Shown piece by piece: positions 46,086 through 55,356 of a stretch of DNA of 64,000 bases (positions are counted from its first letter, which is position 1; each line of letters opens with the position of its first letter). The translations under genes were made by a program, and so were the position numbers. Source of the DNA: Bacteroidota bacterium (GTDB taxonomy: Bacteria > Bacteroidota > Bacteroidia > AKYH767-A > OLB10). The stretch is taken from positions 23,598 to 87,597 of the forward strand of contig JBJTMY010000063.1 in NCBI GenBank assembly GCA_046073825.1. Reading direction: 5' to 3'. The notes beneath the pieces were generated by a model. The model did not search any database and had not been told where the DNA came from. It worked only from the letters and a program-made list of their open reading frames with translations.

Positions 46086-47162
46086 TTATTTGCTACTATC
46101 ATTCGTCGACTTTGTCAATTCATGATCATATTTTAGAATCTGTTTTAAATCGGGGCGTAGTCGACTTCTATAAACAGAAAGAGTATCTGATTTGATTTTT
46201 CCTTTGCGAAGTTTACGCTGCTCTTCAATTGGGAGTGCCGCAATTTCTTTGCACTTTGGTGTACAACATCCATTCATTGATTCTTTACACTTGTCGCATT
46301 GTATAAAAAGCAAATGACAATCATCATTTGCGCAATTTGTATGATTATCGCACGCTGTTCCACATTGATGACAAGAAGCAATAACATCTTCTGTTATACG
46401 CTCACCTAGTCGATCGTCGAAAACGAAATTTTTACCAATAAACTTAGATGGAATTCCTTTTTCCTTTATCTCTTGGGCGTAATTAATTATTCCACCATAC
46501 AATTGATTTACATCTTCAAATCCGTGATGTTTAAACCATGCGCTGGCTTTCTCGCAACGAATACCGCCCGTGCAATACAATAAAATTTTATGGTCTTTTT
46601 TATTCTCCACCATATCCATTCCCATCTGCAAACAATCTCGAAATGTATCCGATTCGGGCAATAAGGCATTTTCAAAATGACCTACTTCACTTTCATAATG
46701 ATTGCGCATATCAATCACAATTGCATTTGGATCTTCAAGTGCTTTATTAAACTCTTCTGCATTTAGGTGTTTACCAACTTTAGTCACATCAAAAGAATCA
46801 TCATCTAAACCATCGGCTACCACTTTTTCGCGAATGCGAACGATTAGTTTTATAAATGACTTTCCATTATCCTCCACTGCAATTTTAAGTGGCATAGACT
46901 TCAAATGCTCATCTTGTTCAAGAAGTGATTTAAATGTTTCGAAGTGTTGCTCTGGAATGCTTATCTGTGCATTAATCCCTTCGTGCGCTACATATACGCG
47001 TCCGAGAATATTTAATTCTTCAAAACGTCTGTATAAATCGGCACGGTACATCTCTAATTGATTGATAAAAACGTATCGATAAAAAGAAAGTGTAATTCGT
47101 TGGAAGTTTTCCCGATCCAGTTTTTTCTGAAGCGTAGCCTTATCGTATTTATTGTGAAGCAT
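46086..47162 (-). CDS. trhO: Rhodanese-domain tRNA uridine(34) hydroxylase (TrhO/YceA family)
   Basis: UPF0176 N-terminal domain, rhodanese active-site loop YCTGGIRCEKA and a Cys-rich C-terminal tail. The ATG at 47162 lies downstream of two perfect -7 boxes. The TTG at 47201 falls inside the upstream box. Confidence 0.8.
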   Translation of the reverse strand: MLHNKYDKATLQKKLDRENFQRITLSFYRYVFINQLEMYRADLYRRFEELNILGRVYVAHEGINAQISIPEQHFETFKSLLEQDEHLKSMPLKIAVEDNGKSFIKLIVRIREKVVADGLDDDSFDVTKVGKHLNAEEFNKALEDPNAIVIDMRNHYESEVGHFENALLPESDTFRDCLQMGMDMVENKKDHKILLYCTGGIRCEKASAWFKHHGFEDVNQLYGGIINYAQEIKEKGIPSKFIGKNFVFDDRLGERITEDVIASCHQCGTACDNHTNCANDDCHLLFIQCDKCKESMNGCCTPKCKEIAALPIEEQRKLRKGKIKSDTLSVYRSRLRPDLKQILKYDHELTKSTNDSSK

Positions 47163-47169
47163 AATGTCA

Positions 47170-47177
47170 CAAAGATA
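47170..47177 (-). promoter_or_regulatory. -7 box TATCTTTG, 7 nt before the trhO ATG at 47162
   Basis: Exact match. A second exact box TATTTTTG lies at 47206..47199. Confidence 0.4.
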
Positions 47178-47219
47178 CAAAGCCTTCACTTTACACTGCA
47201 AAAATAAAATACTGATATT

Positions 47220-47897
47220 TTACAGGTATTTTTTTGCTTCGCGAAGACTTACCGTAGAAAGGGTGTGCTGATCAACAAATTTCTGAACATCGGTTGGATT
47301 AAACTTACTATACTGACGTAATGACCAGCCTACTGCTTTTTGAATAAAAAACTCCTTGGAAGAAATATATTTTTCACATTGAGCAAACAATAAAAACTTA
47401 TCTGTGTTGGCGGCGTATTTTAATTGAAAAATTAACGTTGTGCGATGAAACCAAAAGCTAGGATGCGCATCCCATCGTTCAATTGATGGCCATATCAAAT
47501 CTGGATATCGTTGTAATAATTTCCCAACCATATTAGATGCAATTGCATCCACAGTGTCCCACCACGATTTATTATCAATCATCCACTCAAAAAGTGTCAA
47601 CGTTTCTCTATTCCATTTTCGATGAACCTTCATGAGGTATTCCATGGCCACGTAGTGGCATTCGCGTTGAGGTTGCGACCAAAGAAACTTCACAATATCT
47701 TCCATATTCTTTTCGCTGCTATTCGCTAACTGTTGGATAAATGGCTTTGATAATTCAGCACGTACTTCTTTTTGTAAACCAAAAAACTCAAACTGGTTAC
47801 GCATATACGCTTCCATTTTGATAGCTTGCGCTTTATTTGCACTTTTATTAAACGCTGCCAATAATTGCGCGACAATTTCCTTGACCTCTTTTTGCAT
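47220..47897 (-). CDS. DNA alkylation repair protein (AlkD-like HEAT-repeat family)
   Basis: 225 aa. The C-terminal block FIQKAVGWSLRQYSK...TVSLREAKKYL is typical of the DNA_alkylation family. Confidence 0.75.
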   Translation of the reverse strand: MQKEVKEIVAQLLAAFNKSANKAQAIKMEAYMRNQFEFFGLQKEVRAELSKPFIQQLANSSEKNMEDIVKFLWSQPQRECHYVAMEYLMKVHRKWNRETLTLFEWMIDNKSWWDTVDAIASNMVGKLLQRYPDLIWPSIERWDAHPSFWFHRTTLIFQLKYAANTDKFLLFAQCEKYISSKEFFIQKAVGWSLRQYSKFNPTDVQKFVDQHTLSTVSLREAKKYL

Positions 47898-47906
47898 GTT
47901 ATAAAA

Positions 47907-47930
47907 AAAAGTCGGGAGCGCCCGACTTTT
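47907..47930 (-). terminator. Intrinsic terminator ending the oxidase accessory operon
   Basis: Stem AAAAGTCGGG/CCCGACTTTT with loop AGCG. On the minus strand it is followed by a run of eight T, 6 nt after the stop of the small CxxC gene. Confidence 0.8.
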
Positions 47931-47935
47931 CGTTT

Positions 47936-48175
47936 TTATTGTTCAATGGATGTTTTCTTTCTTTTGTTCTTTTTGTAGATGAAAAAAGCAGTACCGCCTA
48001 ATACATAAGGTATCGCCATTAGAAATAAAATCCCTTTGTTTAATCCTCGTCCTTGCATTTCCCCTTTCTTTATTCCGGATTCAGCCGCCTGACGGCACAT
48101 AGAACATTGCGCATTTACATCGTTATTAAGAGTAAATGATAAAACAAATACGAGTGATAGAATTATCTTTTTCAT
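47936..48175 (-). CDS. Small exported CxxC protein with a C-terminal TM anchor (unknown function, last gene of the oxidase accessory operon)
   Basis: 79 aa from the ATG at 48175. Signal peptide MKKIILSLVFVLSFTLNNDVNA, then QCSMCRQAAESG, then the TM segment ILFLMAIPYVLGGTAFFIY and a basic tail. A strong terminator follows. Confidence 0.55.
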   Translation of the reverse strand: MKKIILSLVFVLSFTLNNDVNAQCSMCRQAAESGIKKGEMQGRGLNKGILFLMAIPYVLGGTAFFIYKKNKRKKTSIEQ

Positions 48176-48214
48176 ACTGTCAAAGTTAAAAACTTGTAAT
48201 TTGTAAAACAATAA

Positions 48215-48757
48215 TTAAAAAGAGTAATAAGGAGAGATCATCAAATAAACGATAACCCCCGTAATAGTAACATATAACCAAATAGGAAAAGTAAATCGTA
48301 CAAGTTTTCTATGTTTCTCTACTTTGTTGTTTAAGCCGTACCAGAATGATATCAATATTAATGGAAGAACCACTGCGGCTAGAATAATATGACTAGCCAA
48401 TAATGCTAAGTAGAAAGGACGAATTGGATTATCTATTGGAAACTTCGTTTCATTGGCCATCCAATGATATGCAACATAGGAAACAAGAAATAAGGCAGAG
48501 AGGCAAAAGGTAATAAGATTTAATTGCTTATGAAGTCCGACATTTTTATTTCGGATTGCACGATAAGAAAGGATAAGCAAAATGGAACAACTTGCATTTA
48601 TTATTGCATTTAATGTAGGCAACCATGTTGCAAATGATGGTAGTACCTCGGGACGAGGAAGCACCTTTTGATTTAACAGAACGACAACCAGAAAAACAAC
48701 TATGGATAGCGAAAGGACGATTCTAAAGACAGCTTTTTCAGATAAATTAGAGAACAT
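48215..48757 (-). CDS. DUF420 membrane protein (CtaM-like oxidase assembly factor)
   Basis: 180 aa with 4-5 TM helices and a DUF420-like sequence. Its position next to SCO matches other oxidase clusters. Confidence 0.65.
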   Translation of the reverse strand: MFSNLSEKAVFRIVLSLSIVVFLVVVLLNQKVLPRPEVLPSFATWLPTLNAIINASCSILLILSYRAIRNKNVGLHKQLNLITFCLSALFLVSYVAYHWMANETKFPIDNPIRPFYLALLASHIILAAVVLPLILISFWYGLNNKVEKHRKLVRFTFPIWLYVTITGVIVYLMISPYYSF

Positions 48758-48790
48758 GATTTGTTTATTTTCTACAACAAGACGATTTTA

Positions 48791-49480
48791 TTATTGTTTA
48801 GTGTATTCACGTTTTAGCACATCCACATCTTCAATTAAGCGGTCTACATCCAAAATGTTCGTTCCATCATAAGTTTGAACATTACCACGCTTATCTTTCC
48901 CCCCTCTTATTCGACCTTGTTTATCAATTAATGTAAACATTTCTGAATGGATAAAATCATCAGGGCCACCATCACCATCACCTGTGACTAAAAAGTAAGA
49001 ATTGCGTGCAAGGTCGTAAATCGTTTTTTTGTTTCCTGTTAGGAAGAACCATTTATTAGCAATTGCTCGATGTTTAAGAGCATATTCCTTCAAAACAGAA
49101 GGCGAATCATGTTCAGGATCAACGGTGTATGAAACAATAACGACATCGGTATCTTTTTCAAATGCATGTTGCACTCGCATCATTTCATTCGACATTTTGG
49201 GACAGATAGTTCCGCAAGTAGTAAAGATAAAATTAGCAATATGAATTTTACCTCTAAAAATAGCATCTGTTACAAGTACACTATCTTGATTCAAAAGCGA
49301 AAAACCGCTGATAGTGTGATAAACAGTATCGTTTATCTGACGACCATCAACGGTTTTTGATTGTATTTCAACCGGACCTAAAACCTCAAGCGATTTAAAG
49401 TTGTTTTTTCCTGTTTGCAAATATAAATATGCTAACGGGGGAACTACTAATAAACCGAATAGAATCCAGAATTTTCTCAC
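48791..49480 (-). CDS. SCO/SenC-family copper chaperone
   Basis: 229 aa with an N-terminal anchor, a thioredoxin fold, the CGTICP (CxxxC) motif and a downstream His. GTG start 2 nt after the subunit IV stop; there is no in-frame ATG before the CxxxC motif. Confidence 0.85.
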   Translation of the reverse strand: MRKFWILFGLLVVPPLAYLYLQTGKNNFKSLEVLGPVEIQSKTVDGRQINDTVYHTISGFSLLNQDSVLVTDAIFRGKIHIANFIFTTCGTICPKMSNEMMRVQHAFEKDTDVVIVSYTVDPEHDSPSVLKEYALKHRAIANKWFFLTGNKKTIYDLARNSYFLVTGDGDGGPDDFIHSEMFTLIDKQGRIRGGKDKRGNVQTYDGTNILDVDRLIEDVDVLKREYTKQ

Positions 49481-49482
49481 TG

Positions 49483-49854
49483 TTACTTAAAGAACAAATC
49501 CCAAAGATTTAGATAGTTTGCTTCAGTCAAAGACATTGCAATCAAATAAATAATAAGGATAAATGGAAGTAAAATGCAATAAGCTAATGATAACTTTTCG
49601 TGCTTTAAATGCATAAAGAACGCAACAATAAAATATGCTTTAACGATAGTCAAAGTAATGAAGATAAACATCATTAATTCTTTTGACAAACTAGTGAATG
49701 CAATAGCTACTTCACCGATAGTAATAAACAATAGAATCCAAAATGTTTTCCAAATTACAGAACGATTTTTCGGATCGTAATGTTCAGGGACGAACTGATT
49801 GTGTATATCGCCGGTATAGTAACCGTGCATTTCATGATTATGATGTTCACTCAT
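49483..49854 (-). CDS. Cytochrome c oxidase subunit IV-family small membrane protein
   Basis: 123 aa, three TM helices, located directly after subunit III. Confidence 0.65.
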   Translation of the reverse strand: MSEHHNHEMHGYYTGDIHNQFVPEHYDPKNRSVIWKTFWILLFITIGEVAIAFTSLSKELMMFIFITLTIVKAYFIVAFFMHLKHEKLSLAYCILLPFILIIYLIAMSLTEANYLNLWDLFFK

Positions 49855-49880
49855 GATAAATTTCTTTTTTTAATTATTAA

Positions 49881-50732
49881 TTAAACCAAATAGAAGAAGG
49901 TAAATACAAATACCCAAACTAAATCGACAAAGTGCCAATAAAGCCCTGTTTTCTCGATGTGCTCATAATGGCCTCTACGAGAGTACACTCCACCCAACAC
50001 ATTAAAGAAAATGATCAGGTTAATTACCACCCCACTAAATACGTGGAATCCGTGGAATCCAGTGATAAAGAAGAAGAAATCAGCAAACAGCGGATGTCCG
50101 TACTCGTTATTCACCAAGTTAGCGCCTTTAATTGGTTTTGAAATAGCTTTAATATGTTCTACCTCTGCCTTATCTGCAATCACTTTATGATCTGGAGCTA
50201 TCAAAGCCCAATCAGGAATTGCAGTATGAGAATGACTATGTAAACTCGGTGCATTTTCAGGAAAACGATAAATCTCCCCCATTGGAGTAATTAAGGCTCC
50301 CTTCGGAGTTCCTGTAATGAAATTATACCACTCCCAAGCCTGGGAACCGACGAACATAAATCCGCCGATAATTGTTAATCCTAACCAGATAGCAACACTT
50401 CTGTTATCTCTTCTATGGCCTGCATCTACTGCAAGAACCATGGTTACGGAACTCATGATAAGGATGAAGGTCATTAACCCTACATAAGCCAATGGTAAGT
50501 GTTCATGTACAAACGGAAAATGCGTAAACACATCGTTTGCGGTTGGCCATACCTGAGTATGACGATGACGGAACGCGCCATAAGCAATAATTAAACTGGA
50601 GAATGTGAATGCATCCGACACAAGGAAGAACCACATCATCATTTTTCCCCAGCTGATTCCAAATGGAGAAACTCCTCCACCCCATGAACTAGAGTTAGAG
50701 TTTTCGTTGTTTAGTGTAGCTTCTGCAGCCAT
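49881..50732 (-). CDS. Cytochrome c oxidase subunit III (with a roughly 70-aa soluble insertion)
   Basis: 283 aa. Subunit-III-like helices (WHFVDLVWVFVFTFFY at the C-terminus). Confidence 0.85.
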   Translation of the reverse strand: MAAEATLNNENSNSSSWGGGVSPFGISWGKMMMWFFLVSDAFTFSSLIIAYGAFRHRHTQVWPTANDVFTHFPFVHEHLPLAYVGLMTFILIMSSVTMVLAVDAGHRRDNRSVAIWLGLTIIGGFMFVGSQAWEWYNFITGTPKGALITPMGEIYRFPENAPSLHSHSHTAIPDWALIAPDHKVIADKAEVEHIKAISKPIKGANLVNNEYGHPLFADFFFFITGFHGFHVFSGVVINLIIFFNVLGGVYSRRGHYEHIEKTGLYWHFVDLVWVFVFTFFYLV

Positions 50733-50767
50733 ACGGTAGTGTGAGTGTTTTAAAGATTATCTAATTT

Positions 50768-51349
50768 TTATCGAAACAGCGCCAAAAATACAAATAAAAT
50801 CAACCAAAGAAAATCTAAAAAGTGCCAATATGTAGCACAAAGTGAAATTCCTAGATGATTTTTCGCAGAATAACGGTTCTTTTTTGCCTTAAATGTGGTG
50901 AATGCCATGCTAATTACTCCAAATAACAGATGGGCTAAATGCAATCCGGATAATGCATAAAAAAATGATTCCGAAGGATTTCCACCTGCAAAATGAATAT
51001 TATTATGAACTAATTGATTCCAACCCATGAATTGAAATACAACAAAGGCTACTCCTAAGATCAGGGTGTAAAATAAAAACTGATAGGACTTTTTATTCTC
51101 TTCTTTTTTTATTGCTGATCGTGACAGTTCCAGAGTAATGCTGCTTCCCAGTATCACAGCAGTTGAGACATAAAACATCGATGGTATTTCAAATACCAGC
51201 CAATTCCCTTCTGCTTGTCGAACGATGTAGCCCGACATTAATCCAGCAAATAGCATAACAATACTTGCGAGGGCAATCCATAAAATTATTTTTTGAGTTG
51301 GAATTGTTGGTTCCAATTCGGTGGTGGGTGATGTGATTGTATTTTCCAT
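50768..51349 (-). CDS. Second haem-copper oxidase subunit III-family protein
   Basis: 193 aa, five TM helices, with a C-terminus YWHFLDFLWLILFVFL similar to the subunit III signature. Confidence 0.75.
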   Translation of the reverse strand: MENTITSPTTELEPTIPTQKIILWIALASIVMLFAGLMSGYIVRQAEGNWLVFEIPSMFYVSTAVILGSSITLELSRSAIKKEENKKSYQFLFYTLILGVAFVVFQFMGWNQLVHNNIHFAGGNPSESFFYALSGLHLAHLLFGVISMAFTTFKAKKNRYSAKNHLGISLCATYWHFLDFLWLILFVFLALFR

Positions 51350-51352
51350 AGA

Positions 51353-52243
51353 CTAACCTATTTTATCAATTACCATTGCAATTTGTACGACAGGAAGATA
51401 AAAAAATGACCCGTACATTAATTTTCTAGCCGCTTCAATTGAACACATTCTATACAGTTGAATTGCTTGAAACAAAAAGTACAAAGTTACCGCTAACATA
51501 ACGACCATAGATATCCATCCAGATACACCAAATACCCAAGGCATAACCGCTACGGGGACTAAACTGATGGTATATAGGACGGTTTGCCAAGCAGAACCTT
51601 TATCTCGTTTTCCAGTGGGTAACAAATTAAACCCTGCCTTTTTATAATCATCGTCCATCACCCAGGCAATAGCCCAAAAGTGAGGAAACTGCCATAAAAA
51701 CTGTATTCCAAACAATAACCAAGCTGCTGAATTAAAATTACCTGTTGCCGCTACATAACCTAATAATGGAGGAATGGCACCTGGCACAGCTCCGATAAAA
51801 ACTGCTATTGGTGATTTGCGTTTCATGGGTGTGTAAGCAATCGTATAAAGTACAATCGCAAAAACTCCCAATATTGCACTTGCTAAATTCATAAAATAGC
51901 CCAATATTGCTACGCCAATGATTCCTGAAATGATACAAACAGTAATTGCTTCAGAAATACTCATTCGTACATCTGGTAAAGGCCTAGCTTTGGTACGATC
52001 CATCAGTATATCCAGCTCTCTTTCCATCACTTGATTAAATCCATTAGCAGAACCGGTTACTAAAAAGCCTCCTAAAACCAACCATCCCATTTTAACAAAA
52101 TCAATGGCTCCGGGAGCTGTCATAAAAGCCATCGCAGCTGAAAATACGACTAACGTAGCCAGACGCATTTTTGTAAGCTGAGAATAATCGCGGATTTTAT
52201 GTTTTAGTCCCAAAGTTTCAGAAGCAGGTAAGGTATTTTCCAT
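51353..52243 (-). CDS. cyoE: Protohaem IX farnesyltransferase (haem O synthase)
   Basis: UbiA-family motifs (NGFNQVMERELDILMDRT). The ATG at 52243 lies 7 nt after a perfect TACATTTG box. The track start at 52264 is a TTG upstream of that box. Confidence 0.9.
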   Translation of the reverse strand: MENTLPASETLGLKHKIRDYSQLTKMRLATLVVFSAAMAFMTAPGAIDFVKMGWLVLGGFLVTGSANGFNQVMERELDILMDRTKARPLPDVRMSISEAITVCIISGIIGVAILGYFMNLASAILGVFAIVLYTIAYTPMKRKSPIAVFIGAVPGAIPPLLGYVAATGNFNSAAWLLFGIQFLWQFPHFWAIAWVMDDDYKKAGFNLLPTGKRDKGSAWQTVLYTISLVPVAVMPWVFGVSGWISMVVMLAVTLYFLFQAIQLYRMCSIEAARKLMYGSFFYLPVVQIAMVIDKIG

Positions 52244-52250
52244 GCAGCCG

Positions 52251-52258
52251 CAAATGTA
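52251..52258 (-). promoter_or_regulatory. -7 box TACATTTG, 7 nt before the cyoE ATG at 52243 (head of the oxidase accessory operon)
   Basis: Exact match on the minus strand. Confidence 0.4.
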
Positions 52259-52310
52259 TATCAAACCAAGCTATTTACAAGAAAGAATGAAGCTAAATTA
52301 CACTTCAATT

Positions 52311-53294
52311 TTATTGTACCATCAAATTACATCCTCTTAAATCAGCATGGTCAAATCTTCCTATAATTTCAAATTGATTTCCAGGATGAATTTTACCCAA
52401 ATCTTGAGTGGCAATGAAGGAACAAGAATAGTAATTGGCCAAGTCAATAACATTTACTCCCCCAGTTACTCCATTGATCACAAATTGTTTAGGGTCATTC
52501 ATTTCTCTCACAAGAATTTTCATCCAAGGTGGACATTTAAATAAACCTTCTCCTTTTGAGTAAGCCTGAGATAGTAATTCCGTCATTCCATATTCGGAAT
52601 GAATTTTCTTTACGCCAAACCCTTTCGCTAATACTTTGTGTAATTCTTCACGTACCATTTCTCTGCGACGTCCTTTCATTCCTCCGGTTTCCATGACAAT
52701 TAGCTCAGGGAAATCGACCGAAAAATTTTCAGCCATATCCAACAAAGCGAAGGTTACTCCGAAGAGTATTGTTTTTTGGTTTTGCAATTTTAGTTGAGCT
52801 AATAATTCTTGCAATTCTTTGTACTGATTCAAATAAAATCCCGAATGCTGATTATTACTTTTATGGATGAGCTGGTTAACCATATACACTAAACTTGAAC
52901 CACTGCGTTCGAGATAGGCAGGTAACAATCCAATGATACAATAATCCTCTACGGGTCCGTAAAAATCATGAAAAGCTTTCATAAAACTCTCTTGATAAAG
53001 CGCAAGATTAGCCACATGGTGTTGTGAAGTAATCATTCCCGTTGTACCACTACTTGTAAATGTTATTTCTGGTGCAACTTGATTGGCAAGAACCGACTGC
53101 GTTTTGAAAAGCGAAATGGGGAGAAAAGGAATTTGCGAATAATGTTGAACAGCTTCAATTTCAACTCCTAATAATTCAACATAGCGTTTATACACTTCCA
53201 CGTGTGTTGCTTGATACCTAAACACTGCCAAGGCACAATCATTCCATTCTTCTTCAGAAGAAATAGCAAAACATTTTAGGGAATCATCATTCAT
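52311..53294 (-). CDS. LuxE/PaaK-like adenylate-forming acyl-protein synthetase family protein
   Basis: 327 aa with FTSSGTTG, SEYGMTE and ETGGMKGRR motifs of the LuxE-type adenylating fold. Confidence 0.6.
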   Translation of the reverse strand: MNDDSLKCFAISSEEEWNDCALAVFRYQATHVEVYKRYVELLGVEIEAVQHYSQIPFLPISLFKTQSVLANQVAPEITFTSSGTTGMITSQHHVANLALYQESFMKAFHDFYGPVEDYCIIGLLPAYLERSGSSLVYMVNQLIHKSNNQHSGFYLNQYKELQELLAQLKLQNQKTILFGVTFALLDMAENFSVDFPELIVMETGGMKGRRREMVREELHKVLAKGFGVKKIHSEYGMTELLSQAYSKGEGLFKCPPWMKILVREMNDPKQFVINGVTGGVNVIDLANYYSCSFIATQDLGKIHPGNQFEIIGRFDHADLRGCNLMVQ

Positions 53295-53369
53295 GGCGGT
53301 GACAAAGTTACAACAAGAAATGTTTGCATTAAATTTACAAAGCCATGAACTAATAAGATGTGCGTTGCT

Positions 53370-53377
53370 TAACTTTG
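53370..53377 (+). promoter_or_regulatory. -7 box TAACTTTG for nfu
   Basis: Exact match, 19 nt upstream of the ATG at 53397. Confidence 0.4.
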
Positions 53378-53396
53378 CACTTTCAACATTAAAAAT

Positions 53397-54029
53397 ATGA
53401 CCCCGATTACTATTTACGCTGAGCTAACACCAAACCCTAACAGTATGAAATTTGTTGCGAATGTAAATTTGCTGGAAGGCGGTGTGGTAGAGTACGATTC
53501 CAAAGAAGCCGCAGTAAATAGTCCGCTGGCTGCCTCTCTTTTTTCATTCAGTGGAATTACAAAAGTATTTATCACTTCCAATTTTATTACGCTCACCAAA
53601 GATTCTGAAATTGACTGGTTTGATGTTACCAATATTATCAGAGAGTTTATCAGAGGATTTTTAATGTCAGGAGAATCATTATTTATTGGGTCGCCGTTTA
53701 ATGAAAATCACGTTCCTGCGGCTACGAAAAAAAATGCTGAAGTAGCGAATGAAAAATCTAGCGTTGAGAAGGAAAAATTAAATATTCCTACATCACCTGA
53801 ATTAGAAAAGAAGATTACTGAACTATTGGAAGAGTATGTAAAGCCAGCTGTTGAAGGTGATGGTGGCGCTATCCATTTTAAATCGTTTGAAAATGGCACC
53901 GTAAGTGTTGTTTTAAAAGGCGCATGCAGTGGTTGTCCTTCGTCAACCATCACTTTGAAATCAGGAATAGAAAATTTATTAAAACGCATGCTACCAGAAG
54001 TGCAAGAAGTTGTTGCGGTTAGCGAATAA
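53397..54029 (+). CDS. Nfu/NifU-family Fe-S cluster assembly/delivery protein (Nfu_N plus NifU C-terminal domain)
   Basis: 210 aa. The N-terminus TPNPNSMKFV is Nfu_N-like. The C-terminal domain contains the GACSGCPSS CxxC motif. Confidence 0.85.
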   Translation: MTPITIYAELTPNPNSMKFVANVNLLEGGVVEYDSKEAAVNSPLAASLFSFSGITKVFITSNFITLTKDSEIDWFDVTNIIREFIRGFLMSGESLFIGSPFNENHVPAATKKNAEVANEKSSVEKEKLNIPTSPELEKKITELLEEYVKPAVEGDGGAIHFKSFENGTVSVVLKGACSGCPSSTITLKSGIENLLKRMLPEVQEVVAVSE

Positions 54030-54033
54030 AAAA

Positions 54034-54070
54034 ACCTCACAATGCTATCTTATCGATACAACTGTGAGGT
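54034..54070. terminator. Possible bidirectional terminator between nfu and sucB
   Basis: 8-bp stem ACCTCACA/TGTGAGGT with a large 21-nt loop that may fold further. It is flanked by an A-run on the left. Confidence 0.4.
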
Positions 54071-54092
54071 TGGCTCTTATGTTCTAAGGATG

Positions 54093-55319
54093 TTAAACTC
54101 CTAATAGTACCTTCATCGGATCCGCACCACCTGTCATCAACTTAACAGGCTCTTCTATCATTTGTTTTACTTTTACTAGGAACCCAACCGACTCCCGTCC
54201 GTCGATGATGCGATGGTCATACGATAAAGCCAAGTACATCATTGGACGAACTTCGATTTTCCCATTCACCACAACAGCACGTTCAACAATATTATGCATA
54301 CCCAAAATGGCACTTTGAGGAGGATTGATAATTGGAGTTGACATCATTGACCCAAATACACCACCGTTAGTAATCGTAAATGTTCCACCATTCATCTCAT
54401 CCACTGTAATTTTTCCATCACGGGCTTTAGCTGCTAATCCTGCTATCGTCGCTTCTAGGTGAGCGAGGGTTAAGCCTTCGGCGTTACGAATAACTGGAAC
54501 CATCAAACCTTTAGGAGCACTAACTGCAATACCAACATCACAATAGTTATGATAAACAATTTCATCACCATCTATTTGAGCGTTAACAGCTGGAAATGCC
54601 TGCAGAGCTTCCGTAACGGCCTTTGTAAAAAAGCTCATAAAACCTAGACCAATACCATGTTTTTCTTTAAAAGCATCTTTATATTGTTTTCTCAAGTTCA
54701 TCACCGCACTCATGTCCACTTCGTTAAAAGTGGTTAACATTGCTGTATTTCGTTTAACAGAAACAAGTCGCTCTGAAACCTTCTTACGCAACATGGTCAT
54801 TTTTTCACGCTTCTGATCACGGGAAGTTTCATGTACTGGCATTGACAAACGAGGGGTTCCATTTTTAATGGCATTAACAACATCTCCCTTTGTAATTCTT
54901 CCATCTTTTCCTGATGAAGGAACTTGCGCGGGGCCAATATTATTTTCATCCATCATTTTTTTCGCAGCTACACTTGGGTGACCACTTGCGTATGTTTCTT
55001 TTGAAGAAGCGCTTGCATCTACAACTGGCTCAACTGCTTTTGTCGGCTCCGCTTTCTTGGTTTCTTTTTTAGCTGGGGCCTTAGCGGTTGTATCGATTGA
55101 AGCTACCACTGAACCTACCGCAATTGTTTCTCCTTCCTTTGCTAAAGTTTTTAAAACACCATCAGCTTCGGCTACTAACGTTAACGTTGCCTTATCAGAA
55201 TCAATTTCTGCTATCTCTTCATCCTTTTCTACATAATCGCCATCGTTTTTTATCCAACGAGCAATTTGTACTTCACTGATTGATTCCCCTGGGGATGGAA
55301 CTTTTATTTCTACAGCCAT
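54093..55319 (-). CDS. sucB: 2-oxoglutarate dehydrogenase E2 component (dihydrolipoyllysine-residue succinyltransferase)
   Basis: 408 aa with a lipoyl domain (EIDSDKATL), a peripheral subunit-binding domain, and a catalytic domain with DHRIIDG. Confidence 0.93.
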   Translation of the reverse strand: MAVEIKVPSPGESISEVQIARWIKNDGDYVEKDEEIAEIDSDKATLTLVAEADGVLKTLAKEGETIAVGSVVASIDTTAKAPAKKETKKAEPTKAVEPVVDASASSKETYASGHPSVAAKKMMDENNIGPAQVPSSGKDGRITKGDVVNAIKNGTPRLSMPVHETSRDQKREKMTMLRKKVSERLVSVKRNTAMLTTFNEVDMSAVMNLRKQYKDAFKEKHGIGLGFMSFFTKAVTEALQAFPAVNAQIDGDEIVYHNYCDVGIAVSAPKGLMVPVIRNAEGLTLAHLEATIAGLAAKARDGKITVDEMNGGTFTITNGGVFGSMMSTPIINPPQSAILGMHNIVERAVVVNGKIEVRPMMYLALSYDHRIIDGRESVGFLVKVKQMIEEPVKLMTGGADPMKVLLGV

Positions 55320-55356
55320 ATTCTTATTTTTAGAGAAGATACTCTTCTTAATTATT

